Positions 19,715 through 34,700 of a DNA stretch of 64,000 bases are shown one piece after another. Location of the stretch: assembly GCF_030684315.1 (NCBI RefSeq), contig NC_081376.1:22363018-22427017 (forward strand), read 5' to 3'. The notes under the pieces are model-generated. The model worked only from the letters and a program-made list of their open reading frames with translations. It searched no databases and was not told where the DNA came from. The translations under genes were made by a program, and so were the position numbers. Every line of letters starts with the position of its first letter. The stretch's first letter is position 1. The stretch is from Stegostoma tigrinum. Lineage: Eukaryota.

Positions 19715-22700
19715 CTGTTCCAAAAATAAATACATTTAAAAGAAAAAAATTGAACGAAAAATAGCTGTTTCATCACTGCTGTTGTTAGTGAGCTAAGTGA
19801 ATAAAAAGCTGCAGCATAGTCTCCCTACTTTGAGATTGGAGCAGTTATTTTAATCTAACATACCCAGCAGGACAGCAAATACATTGGATCAGGAACCTAT
19901 TGTACACCTCTGCCCAGTTTTAATTTCCTTCAAATTCAAAGTAAAGTTGAATGAAAAATCAGGATGGCTAATCAGACTCCCCCAGTGGAGGGTGGTTAAA
20001 GTAGCCTCTTGTACAGCTTTGATTATTTAAGATGTAATGCAGTGGGATTTGAGTCATCAGATGGGGTCTCATTTGTTTCTGTCATCTAAATTAGAGCTTT
20101 GTATTGCTGGATACATAAACATCTGATTGGTTTATCCAATAGTTCTGCTGCTTAATATAGCAAAATGGGGGTCGATAAAAAAAATGACCACAAAGAATCT
20201 GACTGTAAAATGGAAGGCGAGGACGATAGTTGATATTTGACACAGGACAGGATTCTCACTGTACTTAATTCTGGATCCACGTATCTCATATAGGTAGCCT
20301 TACTATACAGCTCTGATTCACAGAACTGACGAGTTTTCTTGGAAAGCTCACTTGCTTCATTGTGCACCAAACTGAGGAGGATGGTGCCTAAACAGTAACC
20401 CTTTTTTTTGAACAGCCCAATTAGAACATGCGTACAATGAAGACATCCCAACTAATCCACTGTTGTGATCTGCTAACTTAACAAATAGAGATTGAGCTAA
20501 AGAACTTCGAGTCTGCACAGCTCCCTAACGCCAAGGATTGAGTGGCACCTTCCCGATGGACGAGGACATTGATGTATAGGCAGTATAGAATGCATCTTAC
20601 CTTCCATGGCATTCCTGTGGAAGCATATATGACATGACAGGTTTACTTTTACCATTCATAGGATTGACACCAACCATTCTTAAAATACAGATTCCATTTC
20701 CACCAGATCCATCACAAGTGCCAACATACCGATGACTGAGGAGTATGAACAATAAGCCCTAAAACACAAAAATAATAAAAATGAAATAAATGATTAAATA
20801 AATAATTTACTTTGAAAAGGACTATCAATCTATACTTTGCACATTTTTACTGCTGCTTTAGAAGGAGCGATCATAATTCTGTCCAATTATAGTTAGAGCC
20901 CCTGCTTTATGGTAGGTAAATTTCTATACTACTACTATCATTGCTCTGTACACGATATTCTGTAAGTTCTGCATTCTTCTATTTTCCATGAAAATTCATA
21001 AAGTGGTAGCCTTTATCAATTGAATTGGGACAGAAATGCAGCTCCAAAGATAAACAGACTATAAATTCTTAAAATATATATGCAAGACAGTCAAGATTTT
21101 TACACTAGAGAAAACAGGTTTCAGGTATCAACTCTGTTCAAACTTCAGATTTGTCAGAGGACTGATATGCAAACATTAACTTGCCTTTTAAAATCTCACT
21201 GATGCACTAGGTCCTTTTGTAAATTTTGAGTAATTACTGCATGTTATTTAATCAAGTGGGTTGGCCAGTCAACTAGTCCAGATCTTGGAAAGTTCTCACT
21301 TACCAACACTGCAAAAGTGTGTAAATAAGTAATTATTGTTCATCCAAGGTTGTGAAGATTGCACCATAGGTATATGTCCATATGCACAGTTTATTCAAAG
21401 CAAACAGCCCATTTCTGCTATAGAGAATTCATTTATTTATCCGTTTTCTAATGGGACGTGGGCATCATTGGCTTGGCCAGCACTTTTGCCTGGCAGGGAG
21501 TTTAAGTCAACAGCAATCCACAATTAATGTGGATCTGGAGCCGCATGTGATGTTATTTCTGAGTCCTGGATATGGCTAAATAGGAGCAAGCTACATTTAC
21601 CAATTAAAATTCTTACAACCAAACTCATATTTACTTCCATTAATCTGAACTGGAAGTAGAGATGAAGGTTAGTGCTGGGACACTGGCACTCTCCCTCACA
21701 AAGCACACCCTTTCAAAACAAACCACACTTCACATAGTATTTCATTTACTCCATGGTCCCGTCTGTCTTTAAATATATAATGCAATACAAATTCTGTTCT
21801 GAAAACCTGTCACTGTCCTTTACTCGAAGTAGATATGTCGTATGAACATGCAAATTAGGAGCAAAATAGGCCACTCAGCCTCGAGCCTAATTTGCTATTC
21901 AATAAGATCACAGTTATTTTGATTACTCCGCATTCCCAGCCACCCCTATAATCTTTCATCCTTTTGTTTGTCAAGAAGCTATCTGGCTCCAGTTTAAAAA
22001 TATTCAAACGTTCTGCTACTACTATCTTTTGACGAACAGCGTGCCAAAGATTTCCTTACTTTGAAGCAGTTATTCCCAGTTCTAGAATCTCCCACAAGAG
22101 GAAACATCCTCTTTACATGCAGTCTGTCAAGACTCCTGAGGATCATATGTTTCAATCCTGTCACCATCTATTCTTCTAAACTCCAGCAGATACAAGCATG
22201 CCTGTGAAAGCTTTCCTTACAAGGCAATCCACCCATTTCTGGTATTAGCCTAGCAAACCTTCTCTGAACTACACAAGCTAGTAGCCTGGGACATCACAAC
22301 CTTGTGCAGTTAAAAGCATTAAAAAAATTGCTCCTTACAGACTCTGAATAGGCCTTCTGGCAGACAGTGCCTGGGTAGCTTTCACTTAAGTGGATTTTCT
22401 TCAGAAGATGTCCAGTCTTTAAGTTCCTGACAGATAAACAAAAGTTAATCTGAATAGAGTTTCCCCCCTGACTAACACTATCTGAATAGTTTCATATAGG
22501 AATCATTAGAAGAATGACGCAAAACAGAGAAAATAAGGATGGGAGTTGAGCATAACACAGGCTGTGGCAAGATTTAAATTAAAACACCTTAAGTCGTTTA
22601 AAGAATGCTTTTGTATTGAGAATCACCATTTCTGAAAGAAATGTTCAAGTATCTTCAAATATCTTTTATTCCTTTTATGTATATTGGTGTATTAGATGTG

Positions 22701-25700
22701 GCAACTTTATTTGCACAGCAAAATCCTTCAACAGCAGTCTGTTAAGGACCACTTTTTAAACAGTGTTGGTTCAAGGAGGAGTGTTGGTCTACCTTTTCAG
22801 AAAGTTCACTGATGTTTTGTACATGCAGATGGCTGCGTATGAAATAGGAGCAGAGTAGATCACTCATTCCCTGAGCTAACTCCTCAGGTGAATTTGATCA
22901 TGGTTGATCCGTTTGTGTTCTGAATTTTCATTTACCCTCAATAATATTTATTTCCTCTGCTTAATAAGAATCTATCGACCTCTGTCTTAAATATATTCAA
23001 TGACCACGCCTTCTGAGGAATCTGATGCTGTAGCAATGATATGGATTGGGCTCAAAAAAAAGCAGAACTGGGGACAAGAGATGCCTAACAGATGGCATTC
23101 AGAGAATAGGAAAGGGTTAAAAAAATGTTGTACGACAGTGCTGTCTAAACAGAGTATTGTTGAAAAGAGAGAACTGTTGCTGAAGTTCTTTTTGTCTTGC
23201 ACTAATCAAGACAAACAGAACAATACCAAATTTCAAATGGCCACATCAATTTATACAACAGAAGTCAAGAGGTACTATGTGGTTGGTAGGTTAACTCTGA
23301 CTGGCCGAAGTTTCAGGCTCCCACACCTCTATACAATTCAAAAGTCTGAGGCTTGAACAAATTCCTTTTGTTAGCAGGGAATGAATTATTGTGTTTGAAT
23401 ATTTGATGTTTCTAGCAAGCATAAACGAACCATGTTATAAATTCAACTGGTTAGCTTAAATTGGTTGCTAATCCGAGTATCGATGCCCTTGAGATTGTTT
23501 AACTAACAGCACATCCAGGATTGTTAAAAAAAAAAGTGCCGTCCAAAGGCAGAATTACATCTATCAGGAGACATTTTGTTTTAAGTTTCAAAAAAGAGTG
23601 GTATCATCTGTAAGAGGTCTTCCATTATTATGGCATAGACGGAAACAGTAGTGGTATAAAGAAAGGAGGACATTTCTGTAATGTATTCAGGAGAATTCTC
23701 GCTAGCAGTGCATTTTAAGCCCAACAAGAAAGCAAAAATATAAACAGAAAATGCTGGAAGCACACAGATATACTGTGGAAAGAAACAAGTGTTAAAATTG
23801 TAAGCTGATGATGATCCTTCATCAGAACAAAATCAGGGGTTCTACAAATAAATTAAGAAGGTGTGGAACTGATTAAGAACCATAAAGGAGACTTACATGT
23901 GAAAGCAGAGGAAATGGCTAAACAAACACTTTGCAGGGAAGAAGATGTCACTAAAGCATTGTGAAAGAGAATGCAATTGAGATATTAGATTGGCTAAAAG
24001 TTGATAAAGCAGAGACACCAGGAAAGGCTGGCTATAATCAGATTTGCTAAATCACCACTATCAGATTAGATGCATCGAAGGTTTCTGAAAGATGCAATGA
24101 TGGAAATTTCAGAGGTACCAACTTTCCAATGTTCCTCAGATTCAGAAGTGATTCCAGAGGACTGGAAAACTTTAAACATTACACCCTTGTTCAAAAAGGG
24201 TGCAATGATTAACCCAGCAAGGCAAGGTCTATGAAGTTTAACCTTAGTGGTAGGAAATCATTGAGAAATAATAATCCAGAATAAAATCAACAGTCTCTTG
24301 GATAATTTTAAGGAAAGCCAGCATGAATCTACTAAAGGCAAACTATTTTCAACCAATTTAGTTAAGATTTTTCATTAGGGAACACAGGCCAATGAGGATA
24401 ATACACCTTCTGTAGTGTGTGTGGACTTGCAAAATATATTTGGCAATGTGTTATATAACAGATTAGTCAGCAAAGTTTAAACCTATGGAATAAAAGAGAA
24501 ATAGGTAGCATGGATACAAAGTTGGTGAAATGACAGGAAACAGAACATACCAGTGAACTATTGTTTTTTGGACTGGAGAAAGGAATGCAGTTGTGTTTCC
24601 AGGAATCAATATTAGGACCACTGAAATAAATGACTCGGACTTGAGTGTACAGTGATTAATTTCAAAATTTTCAGATTACTGAAGACTCAGAAGTATGATG
24701 AACGCTGAGGGAGATAGTGATAGACTTCAAGAGGTCATAGACAGGTTGGCAGAATGGGCAAATAAACACATGAGAGAGAAATGCTTTAAAGCAGAGATGC
24801 GAAGAGTAAGACCTTTTGTAAGGAAGAATGAGAAGAGACAATAAAAATTGAAGGATACAATTTAAAAACAGGTGCAGGAAAAGCAAGAACTGGTGGAAAA
24901 TGTGCACAAAATCATGGGTGGCAGGAAGGGTTGAGGAAAAAGATTAAGAAAATGTTAATTGTCCTAAGCTTTATAAATACAGGCAAAGATCACCAGAGCA
25001 AGGAAGTTATAATGAATCTTATAATAAACTGGTGTGGCCTCAACTGGAGTACTGCATCTAATTCTGGGCCTCTCTTTGGGAAGAATGATGATCTTAGGAA
25101 AGATGCAGGTAAGGTTTTGAGAATGGCTGCAGGGATGAGGAAGTTCGCTTAAATTGAGAAGCTGAGGTTGTTTTCTTTAAAGAGGACTTTGAGAAAAGAT
25201 TTGATTGATGTATTAAAAATCGTGAGAGATAGGATAGCTCGAGATAAATTGTTCCCATTGAAAGAAACGTTTAAAACCAGAGTAAACAGATTCAAAATGA
25301 TTAGCTCTGTTACCAAAGACAAGTTATTAGAATCTAGGATGAACCGCCTGAAAGGGTGATACAGATAGGCCCAATCCCAGCTTTCGAAAGAAAATTGGAC
25401 AGCACCTGAAGGGAAAAGTAGTTTACAGGACAAATGGGAGGACAAACTAAACTGCACCTGCAGATAGCCAGAACAGACACATCTGAACAAAGTCTCCTTC
25501 TGTTGTGTAACCATTCTAAATTTCCATAGTTCTTTGGCCTTCTTCCAAAGGATCTTTGAATCTGAACAGGAGCCAGTATTCAGGACCTGGGTTAATGATG
25601 CATCCAAAGGATAGAATGTACAACACAGTGGCATTTTGAGTGATGCACTTGAGTGCCAGCTCATGTCTTAGGTTGACGCTGAAAACAACAACAGCCTTCT

Positions 25701-28700
25701 TACTCATAAGCATGAACTCATAAGTGATTCAAGCTGGCATCATATCTCAACATTACCTTCACTTGCTTTGAAAGATTGATTGAAAGACCCGGTTACATCC
25801 AAGAAAGCCAATGTTGCTATTTCAGTGAAATATGAAACAGCCAATCAGAACTTGTACAAGTAAATGTTACTAATCCTCAATGAATTTGTTGACGTACAAT
25901 GTGTACAGAATACAGACCTTAAGGTAAGTGAGAGATATGGTCCACAGATGTTTATGATCACATTGGAAATCAGTGCCATCAGACTGACCTTAAAACTATA
26001 ATCCCAAAGAAAACTTCAGTTTTTAAAAAATTGCCACAATCTAACTGTATGTCAGAAAATACGAAGGAGGTCATTTGACCTCCTGCACATCTCTACTTGC
26101 GAGAAACACCGAAAAAACAACTAGTGGAAGGGAGCAAAAGGTAAAACAGATTAGCTTAGAACAGCTTTCCTTTCTATCTCACTACCATAAAGATAGCAAA
26201 ACAAAGGAAGGAGTTTATTTGGGAAAGAAATAACGGTGATTGCAAGGGCAGACAGAATCAGCAAAAAATTGTATCCTGTGCAATTATTTGGCATGTTAGA
26301 GTTAGTAAAGTTACTACTGATGTTTTAGTTTATTTCTTCTAGATGTTTATATTACTAATTTCAGCCTCGCTGTACAAATTAGTCACAGGAAACAGTCAGA
26401 CCAGACATAAAAATGGATATATGAATGAATTCATAAATGATTAACACATCTGATCTGTAATCCAGTTAAAGGGAATTGTGTACTTACCAAATGACAACAT
26501 TGCTCATTATTGTCGATCCAATCAAAGCTTCTGCCTCCCCTTTGATTTCACTGAAAGCCAGAATCATCTCATTGGGTGGGACCAACTGCATACGTCGTTC
26601 ACTCCTAACCACAAAAATTCAGGCAGGAAATCACAAAACTGCTATTACCTCACAAGCGACACTTTTTCCTCATCTCCTTATATAGCCTCTCCGCTTCATA
26701 AAGGCAATACTCACCAGCTCGGGCTCTCTTCATGGGCCTTTACCAGTATAGGGTTTGAAAAAGGAGTTATGAATGTAATTAGTCTGTGGTTTCCTGAATT
26801 TTGCTTGATTGCATTACTTATGTCTCCACTATAAGACTTGGATCACTTGTCTTGAACAAGTATTAACTTTTGTGACATCATTCAAATATGGAGTCAGAAA
26901 GTAGCCACAGAAGAATATAAGAAATGTTAAAGTCCATTTTATCTCAGTCATCAGGGCCTAAAAAATATTATAACAAGATTGGAATATAGCTGACAACATT
27001 TCCAGTCACATTTCTGGCTAACTGCTGACAATTAAACTGCATTCTAAGGAATCAAAAATATTTCTGTTTAGAAATTAAAATCTAGATTATTTGCTTATTA
27101 CAACTTTCACAATTGCCTTGCTGTGAAATTATTCTTCTGCCACAGAAAAAGTTCTGTTTATGTATCCTTCCTATTTCGCTTTATTGTGCTGGAATTGTTT
27201 TGTATTTGGAGGATACTGAGTAATATTCTTCATTCCAGCTAAGGAAACAAAAATCTGGGACTGAATAAATAATTGTGATCTTTTGCTCAGAGAAAGTACC
27301 TGGTGTTACAGACTTAACCAGTAAAATATTGAGAGTAATTCTATCAAATCCGGTTTTAACATCCCGGAGTCTTTTACATTTAAAACATAAAATCAAAAGT
27401 TTTCCAGCAGCTTATCTTTTAAAAATAAGTCAAAAGTTCTGCAATGGTTTTCTTCACGTCTCATTTATTTTCTCTTATTTAAAGGTTTGACTTTGAATCA
27501 CACTCTAGGTAGGTGTTGACTTTATCCAAGAAGGGTTTTGAATCTGTATTTATATTCCCATGGAACAACCTGATCAACATTACAGGGCCCAGGTTTAGTA
27601 GACGTTACTCCTTGCTGTTACTTGAGAAGGGGTATAATAATGAAATGTTATCTACTGTCTGCCTTCGGCATTGAGCTTAATGCTAAGTCAAAAATGTTAA
27701 AGGAAGACAATGAATCAAGATTCAATTTGGGGTATGCACAGATGACATGTTTGAGGGTCTTATTACTAATAAGGCTCCTATTTAAATTATGACACACCTC
27801 TCTTGGTTCTGAGGAAGGGTCACTGGACCCAAAATGTTAACTGTATTTTTTTTCTTCACAGATGCTGCCAGAGCTTTTCCAGCAACTTTGTTTTTGAAAC
27901 CAACAAGTAACATTCTGAAGAAAAAGCTATCGGATTCTGACCTTCCTTCTTTGGATAAGATGTTCAATTCTATGTGCTGACTCTGGAGTGTGCCACAAGA
28001 GCAGACCAGCCTCCTTCCAGGTAACCCAAGCACTGCATTAATATCTCCTGTCTGCAGCAGGGTGTGTTCCAAACAGTTTCTGTCCACAGAGTGCAATACC
28101 CTTTAGAAACAAAACACAGGGACAATAGAAAACAAAAACAATCAGCAGCTTTGACCGAGTTGCAATTTTAATTGGGTCCATTACTAGGAATGTTCTAATA
28201 ATCTGGGTAAAAATAATTTCTTACATATACACAAAAAGAATTTGATGAAGTACATAAGATGCCTGTGATGGGAAGAGAAAATCTCACCACTTTCAACACT
28301 TTGGTATATAGTTAATACTGAAAACAAATCAGTTTAGGTACAGGGCAAAGCTCCCCATGCATTAAACACATCAAATGGCAAGTACAAGCGCAGGTTAGAT
28401 ATACAGTAAAACTCTTTTCAGTGCTTCAATACAGTAGTTTAAGCATAAGTGAAGTAATTTTGTATTCAAGAGAAGTTAGACGTACTAATAAAATTCATCA
28501 CAATGCGGGGGATGCAGGGGTCGCTGGCAAGCTGCATTTGATGGTTGTCCCTATTGCACTTGAACTGACATTTCAGAAGGCATTTAAGAATCAACACATT
28601 TCTCTGAGTTTGATTCGAATATAGCCTAGATCAGGTAAAAACGGCAGATTTCCTTTTCTAAAGAACAAGAGTGAAACAAATGGGCTTTTTTATACAACAA

Positions 28701-31700
28701 TGGTTACATGGTTACCATTAGATAAACTTTTAATTCCAGATTTCCTTTTTAAACAAATTCAGATCTCTCTCCCTGTCATGATAGGATTCAAACAAATGTC
28801 CCCAGAACATTCACCTGTGCCTCTAAATTACTATTCCAGTGACATTACCACTGTGCCACCACTTCCTCAAGCTGTCTTAAGGTCTAAATCTGTTTTCTTT
28901 ACTCATTAGGTAGAAATATCTAGCCACTATTCCATTCTCACACCTCAGCAATGTTTAAGTTCACTTCTCACTTTTTCAATGCACCACACACACATTGTTC
29001 TTTGCACTATGTGAGGTAGAGTGGGGCTCAATTCCAACTGTTCAATAATATACTGTAGAATTGATTATTTTTATGAAAATATTGTTACTAAAATAGGAAA
29101 TATGGATAAATGAATTTTAACGTCCATCAACTCCTAATTATATATGAGAGCAGTTAGACTAAAGTAATAGACAAAAATGAAACAAAAATGGCTGCACTGG
29201 GTCACTAGACCACAGATTGAAGAGTAATTCAACAGACTTGTGTGGAACAAATAAAACTGGGTGCACTGAAATTACTATTCTTATCTAAAGCTATTTGAAA
29301 CCAGGCAACTGAGTCAGCTTCAAGAAATTCACATCTGTTTAATTCAGATGTGCATGGTATGTTCAAATATTGAGATGGAAGACCACCCTACCCAGGTAAC
29401 CATTTGGAAAGACAAGGGAGCTAGGTTCTGGAATATCCATTAAACTACTTTTCAACAGCTGCTTCTGAGCAGCAGGGCAAAAAGGATAAACGAATTTATG
29501 ACATGAACTATACCTCTAACTCTCATCAAGTTCGAAAACAGAACCTGGTGGAAAAGCAACTTGGAGGAATAACCATTCACCAACAACTCAAAACTTTTTA
29601 GAGATTCTGTTACAAATACAGAAACGAGTCAATGCTAACTAACCTTAGCCTCAGGTTTGAGTCTAATACCTCAATGACACCAAGGCCTTTTAAACTGCAT
29701 AACCTTGGTTCTTCCAGTCTGTACCACTCTGCTTTTTAAATTTATTGTCCATGCTGATATGTATGTTGAAATTGTTTCCTTGGGGTTAGTCAATAATAAA
29801 ATTCTTCTATCTTTTGCTCAAGAAAACCTTGTAATTGGTTCACTTATTAGATCTAATTAATTAAATCTTATGCCAGATGAATAAAAGAAGATAAAAACGT
29901 TTGTTGCAACTGACTGAAGGGAGGGGTTTCTCTTCAACTTGACATAACAATAGTTGGTCTGTGAAAGTCTTATTATCACAAAAATACCCAATTTCAGAAA
30001 AGTATGTCAGGATACAAAACGGAAGTGAAATCACCATTGTCATACCACGTCACACTTTTTCATTAGAGGGAGACAGCTGGTGATGGCTTAACCTAAGGGT
30101 CACCAGGTGAGAAGGGAGGCTGCAAAGGAGTCTCTCTTTGTAATTTCACCTGATACGGAAAACAAAATTACTCCACAACTTTAAATGTAGTGCAAACCCC
30201 CACTTCTCTAATAATATCATATCATATCAGTTCCTTCCATGATTTTGTCAAAATGCTTTGTTGTCTTACTTGACTTCCCTTATTTCCAGGCTTCCAAAGG
30301 CCACACACAGGATGTTCACAGCATCTGGAATGGGGATCAGTTCAATTATAGGAACCTGCAAGAGTGGGGAAGTGGAAATCACATCAAGACAAAATCATAT
30401 AATTTTTTTTAAAATCCTACGAGGGTCCTGTTCACTGCCACTGGTCATAACAACCACGATCATTTGTCTTAGCACACTTCTTGTTTAGCTTCAACTCAAA
30501 AACACAATATGAGCTGTATATGAAACCAAAGTTAAACAGTTGCCAATTGACTACTGAATATAAGCAGCTGGTATAGCTATCAACTTGCATCAGGACATCA
30601 GTGATCTGTGAAGCAAAACTAGATTGGAGTATTTATTTGATTTGGGACCCAGGTAAGTTCCCGATTACACCCTTATCACATTGGGGCTTCTGCTGGGCAC
30701 ATCCCTACCCTTCTCCCACAAACATAAGAGGATGAGGTGGTAGAAAAAGTAAAGGTAATTGAACCCTGGCCTGCTTTTGTCTGTCATGTATCAACTGATT
30801 CAGCAGTTCAGATTAGTGGAAGGCAATACATCCCTCTCCCCTGCTATATTAATCTCTTGTCTAGGGATTTAAGGTTAGAATTTTCTTTTTTTAAATCCAT
30901 ATGTACAATGATTAATATCCCTGAAGGATCTTGTTGTGGGAACATGGAATTGAGACTCCTCCCAACCTCAGGGTAAAGGAACGCAGGTATATAGGGCAAA
31001 TCCAGAAGGATCTTTGGGGATGAGGGGAGGAGAACAGAGAGGTAACTGGTACAGAGGCGTTATTTTTCCAGCTTGTGGCACCGATACTGTTTCTTCTGAA
31101 ATACATCATTCCAACCTTTTCCCATTCTAAGTGGAAGACCGTTATCAGCTGGTTCTGTATGCATGTTTGCACAGACATTAGAAAACAGATTAAAAAGGAT
31201 TCAAACTTTGCAATTTTAACAAGGCATTCACAATTCTGTCAGAATTTAAAGTAAAGTAATTGATTCAAACATCTATTTCAACACCGTTCAATGTAAATTG
31301 TTTGGCACTGAATACTAGATTGTCAGATCAGAGTTAAGGCAATGCACAAAAAGAACTGGCATCCTTACTTTATCAAAGACCCACATATGGATATTAGTCC
31401 ACTGGTTTAACTGTTGTGGGGCCCACAAGAACACTGCTGTTTCACAGGCACAGGCAATGCATGACATTTTGGCATCTTTCACCATCCAGAATACTGTACA
31501 TAAGTCAATAATGCAGGAGGTTGATGGATTCTAAGAATATAAATGAGAAAATCATTTAGACTCCAAATATGAATACAAAGAGCTATTGCAATTGAAGAAC
31601 AACTCTACTTCACAACAGTAACCAAAAGCAGGCATAAATTTGCCTTTTTGAAGGACCAAATGTTGGCATTTCCTATTTAAAAAGAAAACAATTGTTCCTC

Positions 31701-34700
31701 CTCCATTACAATGGGTACTTCCTGGAATTTTGTTCAACAAAACAGAGAAATGTTTAAGTACTGTAAACTGCAAGAAGGGCAATGTAGGACTCCTGAAGAA
31801 TGTAGACAAGTTTGTGGAATGGGAAGATTGGTGGGAAATGGGGTTCATTGCAGAAAAGTGTGAAGTGATGCATTCTGACAGGAAGAACATTAAAAGACAA
31901 AACAGGGGGAGGGTGGGGTACAATTCTAAAAGAGGTGCAGGAGTACAGGAACCTACGTGGATGTGTGTACAGATCACTGAAGGTGGCAGACTAGGTTGAG
32001 AGAGCAATTAATAAAGTGTATAGTATTAGGTTTTATTCATAGGTCCACTGAGTACAAGGCAAAGGAGATGATTTTGAACTTTCGTAAGACAATTGTTGGA
32101 TCTCATCTTGAGTACTGTGTACAGCTTTTAGCGCTACATTTATAGGAAGGATGTGAATGCGCTGTGGACAGTGCAAAAGTGATTTACAAGAATGGTTCCA
32201 GGATGCAAGCAATACAAGGATAAATTGAAGAAGTTGGGACTGTTCTCCTTGGAAGGAAGAAATCTAAGAGGAGATCTGGTAGAGGTATTCAAAATCATCA
32301 GCGCGCTTGACGAAGTATGTTGAGAGAAATGTTTCCCCGTTTTTTAAAGAGTCAAACAGAGCGCACATATTTAAAGTGATATGCAAAAGGAGCAAATATA
32401 ATCCATGATGAAAGCTTTTTCACATAGTGAGCAATTACAGTAAGAAATGTACTGCCTTGAAGTGTGGCAAAGACAGATTCATTTGAGGGATTCAATGGTT
32501 ACCGGAAGATTACTTAGAAATAAATTACGTGCAAGGCAATGGGGATAAAGTGGGAAATTGGCAGTAGGTGATGATATTTGAAGAGCCAGTGTACGTACAA
32601 TGGGCCAAATAACCTTCTGCACCATAATAATTCTGCATTTACCAGCGTCATTCCTAGATCCAACTACAGAGCTGATCAATATTCTGAATGGGTTGATAAA
32701 TCAGGTTGTTTCATTGGTATCTCAGTCACTTGCAAAGAAACATTACCTTTTATAATCTGAAATTGGCCCGTGTTTACTAACCTGTATCTTGGAGATTAGC
32801 TGCAACGTTGGCCTCTGTAGCTTTTGTTGTAACTGGTTGCCAAGAAGAGAAGACAAAGCATCATTATTCTCCTACAGAAAAAAACCCCACAAAACTTAGT
32901 TAGAAGACTCTATCATGAATAAAGAATTGTTATAGACAATCTGTTCGATAGTATAAAATTGTCAAACTTTAGGTGGGTCAGCAGTCTCTTAACTCTGTTC
33001 AAAAACAAATGAAAAGTAAAAGTTGCCAAGTTGCTACCTAAACACAAATATTTTTTGTCAATGCCAGATCCTACCCAAGGCATTTGGGATAGTATTCAAG
33101 GAGTCTAAGAAACTACCATATGAAGTTTGAAGATGTAACACATTAATAATTGTATTTTCTTTGTTTAGGCGGTAATACAGAATGACTGATAGAAACTGCT
33201 GCCGCAGCAGTAGAGTCAGATCAGGAGTACCAAACAAACTAAAAAAGGTGCGCTAGGTTGCGGTTGGAGTTGTTGGTTGGATCGCCGAGCTGACTGGTTT
33301 TCATGCAAATGTTTCATCTCCCTTCTAGGTGACATTGTCAGTGCTCTATAGCCTTCACTGTAATGCTGTTGCTCTGTCCCGCTCCGTCACAGTGAGCAAT
33401 CTTCATTTCGGTTTTGTACTGTAGTGCTATGTAGATGGGGTCTATTTCAACGTTTGCTAATTGCATCAGTGTTGAAAACCAGGCCTCTAGGAATTCTTGT
33501 GCTTGTCTTTGTCTTGCTTGACCGAGTACTGGAACTTTGTCTCAGTCAAATTGATGTTCTTTTATGTTGGACTGTATTGAAATGAGGGAGAGTTGGTTGT
33601 GCTATTTTGATGCAAGTTATTGTCAATGTATCCTGGTAGCAAATTTTCTTCCCATCAGTCCTTTGCTGCATGATATTTTATATATCACGTTTGTCCTGGT
33701 CATTGTGGGGATGAGGTCTTCTGTCTTTGAGAGTAACTGGCAAAGTGTGGCTGTTGGTTTGTGTGCTGTCCTTATTCCAAGAGGGTGTAGGCGTCTTGTA
33801 GTCAGTTCTTATGTGTTTTTAACGTAGGGAAGGGCAGCCAGTGTCTTGGGGCGTTCAGTGTCTTCTTTGTGTTATTTGTTTGCCAGACATCGGTAGATGA
33901 AGCTGTTAAGGTAACTATTGTTTGCAAACACTCTATACAGGTGTTCCTCTTTGTTTCTGCACAGCTCCAGAGCGTTGTGGTGGGTCATCACTAGTTTAAA
34001 CAGAGTCTTGACACAGCTCTGTTTGTGGATGCTGGGGTGGTTACTGCTGTAATTCAGGAATTGGTCTGTGTGTGTAGTCTTTCTGTATACGCTGGTAAGA
34101 AATTCCTGATTGTTTGTTCATTCCACTAGTTACATCTAGAAACAGGAGTTGATTGTTGTCTTCTTCCATGGTGAACCTGATCCCGGTGAATATATTGTTA
34201 ATAAGGTGGTGTGTTTCTTCTAACTTTGCTCGTTTAATGATCAGGAACGTATCGTCCACGTATCTGACCCCTAGTTTAGGCTGGTTGGGGAGGGCTTTGC
34301 GTAACAACTTTCACTATGAGCCCTGAGATGGGTGAAAACATGGGTGCTCCATTAATTTGTTCATATACCTGGCCACTGAATACAAAGTGTGTGATAAGGC
34401 AGAGATCTAGTAATTTCAGCATGTTGTCCTTGTTGATGATTTCATTGGAGGTGTGTGTTTTTGGATTGTCCAGTAATATGGCTAGTGTCTCTTTTGCTAG
34501 TGTCATGTTGACGGAGGTGAATAGTGCTGTAATGTCAAAGGATACCATCATTTCCTCATTGTCGATTTTTATGTTCCTGATGTTGTCCAGTAATTCCTGT
34601 TTTGAGTGTAAGGAGTGGGTCGATCCATTGGTGAGGTGTTTAAGTCTCTTTTGTAACTCCATGGCTAGCTTGTGTGTCAGTGCGCCCGGCAGGGAAACTA

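Noticed and set aside
23730-23830. Further HHR-type element (minus strand reads gttctgatgaaggatc); similar trace at ~21120-21230
   Set aside because: Too degenerate: stem II and the GAAA core cannot be read confidently.
30912-31178. ORF with WEK motif as a PALB2 WD40 exon
   Set aside because: The true exon with correct homology and splice sites is 31369-31530; this ORF lacks supporting junctions.
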